Source: Burkholderiaceae bacterium (GTDB lineage Bacteria > Pseudomonadota > Gammaproteobacteria > Burkholderiales > WYBJ01). Taken from it: a stretch of DNA of 61,145 nt. Under the pieces are notes generated by a model that was not told where the DNA came from, ran no database searches, and was given only the letters and a program-made list of their open reading frames with translations. A program made the position numbers and the translations under genes. Of the stretch, positions 55,381 to 61,145 are shown in pieces. Where the stretch lies: assembly GCA_011525945.1 (NCBI GenBank), contig WYBJ01000071.1:1-61145 (forward strand), read 5' to 3'. The first letter of the stretch is position 1. Each line of letters opens with the position of its first letter.

Positions 55381-55906
55381 ATGCCTCGCATGACCACCCG
55401 GTTGCGCGCGATGCTCAAGCGCGGCGAGCTCGACAAGGATTTCGTCATCATCGCGCGCTCGGACGCGGCGCGGGTGACGGGTCTGAGGGAGGCGGTGGAA
55501 CGGGTGAATGCGGCCGCCGACGTCGGCGCGGATATGGGGCTCGTGTTTCCGCGCACTCCCGAGGAAGCCGTCGCGGCGCCCAAACGCTCGCGCTTGCCGC
55601 TCATCTACGTGCAAAGCCACGGTACACGCGATGGTCGCCCGTTGTACGGCTACAAGCAATTGAAGGAGATGGGCTACGGCGGCTGCATCGCTGTCGATCA
55701 GCCTCGTCTAGCATCACATGGCGCTCGCCATGAGGGAGCTCAAGAAGACCGGCGATTACACGGGGCTCGCAGAGCCGCAATTCGTCGCTGCGCGCAAAGG
55801 CGTCGAAGACATCATCGGGCTGGAAGCGTTCTATCGCATCGAGCAGGAGACGGTGGAAAAGTCGAAGCGCAAGCCCCCCGCCCAGGCGCGGCGTCCGAGG
55901 CGCTGA
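55381..55906 (+). pseudogene. remnant of an isocitrate lyase/PEP mutase family gene (N-terminally truncated and frameshifted)
   Basis: 55381.. encodes only the distal half of the barrel (DFVIIARSDAARVTGLREAVERVNAAADVGADMGLVFP…). The family-like C-terminus (MALAMRELKKTGDYTGL…IIGLEAFYRIEQE) continues in another frame from 55718. The first-frame tail after ~55715 is Arg-rich nonsense. Confidence 0.55.
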
Positions 55907-55922
55907 GAATCGCACCCTCCCC

Positions 55923-58028
55923 ATGGGCATGAAAGCAGCAACGAAGTCAGCCCGTGCGCGCGTCGCCGTCGATATCGGCGGCACGTTCACCGATATCGTT
56001 CTCGAAGCCCGCGGCAGGCGCTGGACGGGGAAGGTCCTCACCACGCCCCGTGCTCCGGAAGAGGCGGTGATCGGCGCTGTCCGGGAAATTCTCGCCGAAG
56101 CGGGACTCGGCCCCGCTGCGCTCGAGCTTTTCATCCTCGGCACGACGCTCGCGACCAATGCGCTGATCGAGCGCAAGGGCGCGAGGACGGCGCTCGTCAC
56201 CACCGCAGGCTTTCGCGATCTGGTCGAGATCGGCTGGGAGCATCGCTTCGCGCAATACGACATCTTTCTCGACAAGCCCGAGCCGCTGGTGCCGCGTTAT
56301 CTGCGCCTGCCGGTGCCCGAGCGCATCGACGCCAAGGGCCGCGTCTTGCTGCCGCTCGACGAGCATGCGCTGCAAGCGCTGGTGCCGACCTTGCAGGCCG
56401 AGGGCGTGCAGAGCGTCGCGATCGCGTTCCTGCAGAGCTTCGCCAATTCCACGCACGAACGACGGGCACGAGAGATCCTGAAGGAGGCGCTGCCCGATTT
56501 GTGGATCACGCTGTCGTCGGAGGTCTGCCCCGAGATCCGCGAGTACGAGCGCATTTCCACCACCTGCGCCAATGCCTATGTGCAGCCGGTGATGGCGGGT
56601 TATCTCCACCGGCTGCAGCAGCGTCTGAGCGCAATGAGCATCGGCTGTCCGGTCTTTCTGATGACTTCCGGCGGTGCGCTCGCCACCCTCGCGATGGGTG
56701 CCGAGGAGCCCGTGCGCCTGGTCGAGTCGGGTCCGGCGGGTGGGGCGATCCTCGCGCGCAGCATCGCACAAAGCTGCGGCGCCGAGCGTGCGCTGTCGTT
56801 CGATATGGGCGGCACGACGGCCAAGATATGCTTCATCGATCACTACGAGCCGGAGCTCTCGCGCAGCTTCGAGTTCGGTCGCATGTATCGTTTTCTCAAG
56901 GGCAGCGGCCTGCCGATCCGCATCCCGGTGATCGAGATGGTCGAGATCGGCGCTGGCGGCGGATCGATCGCGCGGGTCGATGACATGCAGCGCGTGCAGG
57001 TGGGGCCGGAGAGCGCGGGTGCTGAGCCCGGGCCGGCGTGTTATGCGCGCGGCGGCGAGCGTGCGACCGTGACCGATGCCGATTGCACCATGGGCATGCT
57101 CGACCCCGAACGCTTCGCCGGCGGGCGCGTCGTACTCGATGCACAGCGCGCCGAGCGGGCGGTCGAGCGCGATGTGGCGAGGCCGCTTGACGTAGTCGTG
57201 CCGATGGGTGCGCTCGCGATCCGCGAGATCGTCACCGAGAACATGGCGAACGCAGCCCGCGTGCATGCCATGGAGCTCGGCAAGACGGTCGAGAAGTACA
57301 CCTTGATCGCGTTCGGCGGTGCGGCGCCGCTGCATGCGGCGCGACTCGCGGACAAGCTCGGGATTGCGCGTGTCGTCATCCCGGTAGGCGCCAGCGTCGG
57401 CTCGGCGCTTGGCTTCCTCGCCGCGCCGATTGCGTTTCAGGCCGTGCGCAGTTGGTACCAGCTCGTCCCCTCACTCGATACGCGAAGCGCGAACCGCTTG
57501 TTGGGCGAGATGCAAACGCAGGCAACCGGCGTGGTGCGCGCGGCCGCCGGCAACGCGTCGCTCACGACCACCCGCATCGCGTACATGCGCTACGCCGGCC
57601 AAGGGCACGAGATCCCCGTGGCGCTGCCCCCGGGCGCGCTGTCGTCCGCATCGATCGGGACGCTCGAGCGGCGCTTCGCCACGGCATACCGTGCCCTCTA
57701 CGGGCGGGTAATTCCAGCTATGGCGGTCGAGGTCATGAGCTGGTCGGTGACGGTGTCGACACGCATGAAGCGGGTCGTGCGCGCACGCCCGGTTGCACAC
57801 ACGAGCGCAACGCCTGCGGGCACGCGCCGGGTGTTCGAGCCCAAGCGCGGCAAGTGGCAGAACGTTCCGGTGTACGAGCGCGAAGCCTTGCGTCCGGGCG
57901 CGCGCGTGCAAGGCCCGGCGCTGATCATCGAGGATCAGACCACGGTGGTGGTCGCCGCCGACTTCGATGCGGCCGTCGACAGCCTCGGGTACATCGTACT
58001 CGACAAGTGCCGCGCGAAAAGGAGATAG
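55923..58028 (+). CDS. hydantoinase A / 5-oxoprolinase A-type subunit
   Basis: Motifs RVAVDIGGTFTDIV, LGTTLATNALIERKGA and SFDMGGTTAK. Confidence 0.88.
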   Translation: MGMKAATKSARARVAVDIGGTFTDIVLEARGRRWTGKVLTTPRAPEEAVIGAVREILAEAGLGPAALELFILGTTLATNALIERKGARTALVTTAGFRDLVEIGWEHRFAQYDIFLDKPEPLVPRYLRLPVPERIDAKGRVLLPLDEHALQALVPTLQAEGVQSVAIAFLQSFANSTHERRAREILKEALPDLWITLSSEVCPEIREYERISTTCANAYVQPVMAGYLHRLQQRLSAMSIGCPVFLMTSGGALATLAMGAEEPVRLVESGPAGGAILARSIAQSCGAERALSFDMGGTTAKICFIDHYEPELSRSFEFGRMYRFLKGSGLPIRIPVIEMVEIGAGGGSIARVDDMQRVQVGPESAGAEPGPACYARGGERATVTDADCTMGMLDPERFAGGRVVLDAQRAERAVERDVARPLDVVVPMGALAIREIVTENMANAARVHAMELGKTVEKYTLIAFGGAAPLHAARLADKLGIARVVIPVGASVGSALGFLAAPIAFQAVRSWYQLVPSLDTRSANRLLGEMQTQATGVVRAAAGNASLTTTRIAYMRYAGQGHEIPVALPPGALSSASIGTLERRFATAYRALYGRVIPAMAVEVMSWSVTVSTRMKRVVRARPVAHTSATPAGTRRVFEPKRGKWQNVPVYEREALRPGARVQGPALIIEDQTTVVVAADFDAAVDSLGYIVLDKCRAKRR

Positions 58029-58030
58029 CG

Positions 58031-59692
58031 ATGGCAAAGCTTGCGGACATCCAGATGCAGGTGATGTGGAATCGGCTGATCTCGGTCGTGGAAGAGCAGG
58101 CGCAAACGCTCGTCCGCACCGCCTTCGGAGCCGCCACGCGCGAGGCCGGCGATCTCTCGGCCGGGGTCTTCCTGCCCGATGGCCGCATGATCGCGCAGGC
58201 GGTGACGGGTACGCCCGGGCACGTCAACTCGATGGCCGAAGCCGTGCGCCATTTTCTGCATGAATTCCCGCCGCGGGCGATGTTTGCGGGCGATGTCTTT
58301 CTCGCCAACGATCCGTGGAAGACCACCGGACACCTGAATGATCTCACCATGGTGACGCCCGTGTTCCGGGGAAAGCGCCTGGTGGCGCTGTTCGCCTCCA
58401 CCGTGCACGTCGTGGATATCGGCGGGCTCGGCCTTTCCGCAGACGGCACGCAGGTGTTCCACGAGGGGCTCTTCATCCCCGTCGTGCGGCTCGTTGCGCG
58501 CGGCAAGATGGACGAAACTCTGCTGCGGGTGGTACGCGCCAACGTGCGCGAACCGGTGCAGGTGGAAGGCGACATCTACAGTCTCGTGGCGTGCAATGAA
58601 GTCGGGGGGCGGCGCCTGCTCGCCATGATGGATGAGTATGGGATCGAGGATATCGCACGCGTGTCCGAGCACGTCGTTTCGCGCTCGCATACGGCGATGC
58701 TCGCGGCGGTGCGTGAGTGGCCTCGCGGCAGCTGGTCGTTCGAAATGACCATCGACGGCTACGATGCGCCCATCACGCTTGCCGCGACGCTCACGATCTC
58801 GAAAGCCGGTATCGACATCGACTTCGCGGGCACGAGCGGGTGTGTGACGCACGGCATCAACGTGCCGAAAAGCTACACCGACGCCTACACCTCGTTCGGC
58901 GTTCGCTGCATCATCGGCGCACACATACCGAACAACGCAGGCTCGCTTTCGGTCGTTCGCGTGCGCGCACCCGAGGGCTCGATTCTCAATGCGCCGTATC
59001 CGGCTGCGGTGAGCGCACGCTCGGTGGTAGGACAAATGCTGCCCGACGTGGTTTTCGGCTGTCTGCGCCAGGCGCGCCCCGACCGGGTGCCGGCCGAGAA
59101 CAGCTCCGCGCTGTGGAACCCGCGTCTTGCCGGCGGACAGCCGTTTCAGGGGATCGATCCGGCGCAGCTCCGGGCCGCGACGCGCTTCAACGTGACCGGA
59201 TTCAATACCGGCGGCACCGGTGCGCGACCGAACAAGGATGGCTTGTCGGTCACCTCGTTTCCAAGCGGCGTGCGCAACGTCTCGGTCGAGATCATCGAGA
59301 CGCTCTCGCCGGTGGTCTTCTGGAAGAAGGAGTATCGGCCGGATTCCGGCGGGCCGGGCGAGCACCGCGGCGGTCTCGGCCAGGTGATGGAGATCGCGAA
59401 CGGAGAGCCCGCACCCATGATCATCTCGGCTACGTTCGACCGCATCAAGCATCCCGCACGCGGCAGCGCGCAGGGGCAGCCCGGCGCGTGCGGCAGGTTG
59501 TCGCTTAAATCGGGTGCCGAGCTGCGGGGCTTCGGCCGGCAGGTGATCCCGGCGGGCGATCGCGTCGTGCTGGAAACGCCCGGCGGGGGCGGCATCGGCG
59601 ATGCGCGGAAACGCGCTCGGGAAGCGGTGGCGCGCGACGTCAGGAACGGGCTCGTCACGCCGGCGCAGGCGACAAGCATCTACGGCCGGTAG
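58031..59692 (+). CDS. hydantoinase B / 5-oxoprolinase B-type subunit
   Basis: Begins MAKLADIQMQVMWNRLISVVEEQAQTL, with NDPWKTTGHLNDL and GGPGEHRGGLG. This is the inner ATG of track ORF 57452..59692, 2 nt after the upstream stop. Confidence 0.88.
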   Translation: MAKLADIQMQVMWNRLISVVEEQAQTLVRTAFGAATREAGDLSAGVFLPDGRMIAQAVTGTPGHVNSMAEAVRHFLHEFPPRAMFAGDVFLANDPWKTTGHLNDLTMVTPVFRGKRLVALFASTVHVVDIGGLGLSADGTQVFHEGLFIPVVRLVARGKMDETLLRVVRANVREPVQVEGDIYSLVACNEVGGRRLLAMMDEYGIEDIARVSEHVVSRSHTAMLAAVREWPRGSWSFEMTIDGYDAPITLAATLTISKAGIDIDFAGTSGCVTHGINVPKSYTDAYTSFGVRCIIGAHIPNNAGSLSVVRVRAPEGSILNAPYPAAVSARSVVGQMLPDVVFGCLRQARPDRVPAENSSALWNPRLAGGQPFQGIDPAQLRAATRFNVTGFNTGGTGARPNKDGLSVTSFPSGVRNVSVEIIETLSPVVFWKKEYRPDSGGPGEHRGGLGQVMEIANGEPAPMIISATFDRIKHPARGSAQGQPGACGRLSLKSGAELRGFGRQVIPAGDRVVLETPGGGGIGDARKRAREAVARDVRNGLVTPAQATSIYGR

Positions 59693-60245
59693 GCAGGCGC
59701 GGGCGCTTCAAAATCGCCCCGGTCAGTCAGGGCACGCGCGTCTCCAGTGCCGCTGACCGTGCCTCCAGACGGTCGATTCGCTCGTTCATTACGGGCACGA
59801 TGGCGATAGCGCCGCCATGTGCCGCGCCAGCGAGGTAAGGCGTTGTTTCACGTCGTTCATGCTGGCTTCCAGCAGCGAGATCCGGTGAAAGACCGTATTG
59901 ACATTCCCGCGAGCCTCGGCGCGAGCTTCACGCGCCTCGTCGCGGATTTCCGTCAGGATCTGCGCGGTGATACCGGCCATGCGGGCGTTCTAACAGGCCC
60001 CCCCGATATCGATGCGCGCTTGCTTGTGGCCTTCGGACGCTTCCTGCTGTCTGACTTCGCGGGTGAGCGCCGGCAACGCACTGAAGTCGAAGGATCTGTA
60101 TCGGCGCTGCGAACCCTGGAGATCTTCGATGCGATTATGCCGTCACCCACCGAGCAACTGCATGCAAACTCGGTACTGGCACCCGTGATCCCCGGACTGT
60201 GGTTGGTCGGTATAGGATTTGAGCGTAGAGACCGGAGGAATTGCT

Positions 60246-60473
60246 ATGACTAACCTTGAAGAATTGGCGCAGAAGGCACGTACCCTTTCTCCCGAGGACC
60301 GAGCACGTCTGGCGGAGGAACTGCTCGAATCACGTCATGAAGGTCGCGACCCCGAGGTCGAAGCGGCATGGGAAGCGGAAGTTCGTTGTCGAATCGCACA
60401 GATCGAGTCTGGGAATGCGAAGCTTGTTCCTGCTGAAGAAGTATTCGCCGAGATCCGCCAGTTGCCGAAGTGA
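60246..60473 (+). CDS. addiction-module antitoxin (small C-terminal-helix type, partner of ParE/RelE toxins)
   Basis: Begins MTNLEELAQKARTLSPEDRARLAEELLES, with DPEVEAAWEAEVRCRIAQIESG. GGAGGA RBS. The stop overlaps the toxin start (GTGA 60470-60473). Confidence 0.75.
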   Translation: MTNLEELAQKARTLSPEDRARLAEELLESRHEGRDPEVEAAWEAEVRCRIAQIESGNAKLVPAEEVFAEIRQLPK

Positions 60474-60767
60474 AGGCCGTCCGGTTTCACGATGCCGCTC
60501 GTCTCGAACTTGTTCAAGAGGTCCGTTACTACGCCAGGATCAGTCCGGTTATTGGCCGTCGCCTCACGGAGGCGGTTGAAGAAGCAGTGACACTTGCGCG
60601 CTCCTTTCCTGATTGGCGCTCCCTACCTGGAGCGGACTCGGCGAGTGTTTCCGAGTAGGTTTCCGTTTTCCATCGTATACATCGAAGCGCGCTCGGAAAT
60701 CTACGTTATCGCGTTCGCCCCTTTCCGGCGGAAGCCAGGATACTGGCGCACGCGCGTCGACCAATGA
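60470..60767 (+). pseudogene. ParE/RelE-family toxin, frameshifted
   Basis: Frame 1 reads MKAVRFHDAARLELVQEVRYYARISPVIGRRLTEAVEEAVTLARSFP and then degenerates to a stop at 60658. From ~60609 another frame reads LIGAPYLERTRRVFPSRFPFSIVYIEARSEIYVIAFAPFRRKPGYWRTRVDQ-stop (60765-60767). This is the expected toxin C-terminus. Confidence 0.7.
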
Positions 60768-61145
60768 CGGCGAAATTAGCCCGCATTGCAGCGGGCAGTC
60801 GTCGGTGGCACCTTCTTCGTTCGCCCGCACCTGCAACTGAGCGCGAGCGATTGCCGTCAATCAACCGACGCCGCGTCCGGGATGCTCGGCGTGTCGTCGC
60901 AGCGCCCGAAGTGCCACGATCGGCGCCCCCCTGAGAGACTCTTGCACACTCCTGAGGATACGTGATATTACTTACGCGCTTACGCGTATTTGGTGACTGC
61001 GGTACTGCATAACTGTTCGCGGGTACGAGCCTCTTGGCGCAACGCCGGGTGAAGGGAGGAAGGGTAGCCGCTTGACGACCGAGCACCTCGTCGGCCGGGA
61101 TGGCTTCCTGTGGGCGCTCGCCGCCATGTGCGAGTTGAACGGCCG

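Noticed and set aside
55947-59452. Long minus-strand ORFs 55947..57335 and 57935..59452
   Set aside because: They are antisense to the hydantoinase A and B genes, both of which carry clear family motifs.
59789-59980. 63-aa minus-strand ORF as a bona fide gene
   Set aside because: There is no RBS and no recognisable family, and it is flanked by same-strand fragments interrupted by stops. It is reported only as part of a possibly decayed region.
61072-61145. Possible start of a plus-strand gene at the right edge (TTG 61072: LTTEHLVGRDGFLWALAAMCELNG…) after a GGGAGGA and an AT-richer region with the palindrome tacgcgta (~60983-60990)
   Set aside because: Only 24 codons are visible and the start is a TTG with long RBS spacing. 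A vague resemblance to N-termini of type I secretion ABC proteins is not enough to call a feature.

Overview
High-GC, gene-dense chromosomal window from a Gram-negative-type bacterium. I support about 50 protein genes, no rRNA, tRNA, CRISPR or transposase genes, and only a few short repeats. All functional calls come from reading motifs in the translated ORFs; no similarity search was run. The six-frame track is full of long GC-driven shadow ORFs. Many track ORFs are 5-prime over-extended, and I trimmed these to starts that fit the neighbouring stop codons.

Layout:
(1) 1-3000: a 2-hydroxyacid dehydrogenase (partial), a hydroxyproline epimerase and a secreted ankyrin protein.
(2) 3183-29382: a ~26 kb lipid-biosynthesis and export island, the main point of interest. 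It has a fatty-acyl-AMP ligase/ACP/serine-palmitoyltransferase-like oxoamine synthase triad. It also has a GNAT-fold acyltransferase and an epimerase-like reductase, which together resemble the bacterial ceramide toolkit. Further genes encode a DAG-kinase-fold lipid kinase, a desaturase/hydroxylase, two paralogous CDP-alcohol phosphatidyltransferases, a Tam41/Mmp37-like cytidylyltransferase and two soluble NTP-transferases. HIT and metallophosphoesterase enzymes, GT2, GT4, a GT8-ELM1 fusion, a protein with sialyltransferase-like motifs, a methyltransferase and an LpxL-like acyltransferase are present too. An MsbA-like ABC exporter and LptF/LptG-like permeases are embedded in the biosynthetic operon.
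(3) 29422-36355: a crotonase and a five-gene Dpp/Opp-type ABC importer.
(4) 36367-47501: a seven-gene MoxR/DUF58/BatA/vWA operon.
(5) 47767-53478: a GMC oxidoreductase pair and assorted enzymes.
(6) 53584-55311: a candidate selenoprotein. Two same-frame ORFs are joined by one TGA, giving a U-x-x-C motif with a SECIS-like hairpin just downstream.
(7) 55381-61145: a decayed PEP-mutase-family gene, hydantoinase A/B, and a toxin-antitoxin pair whose toxin is frameshifted.
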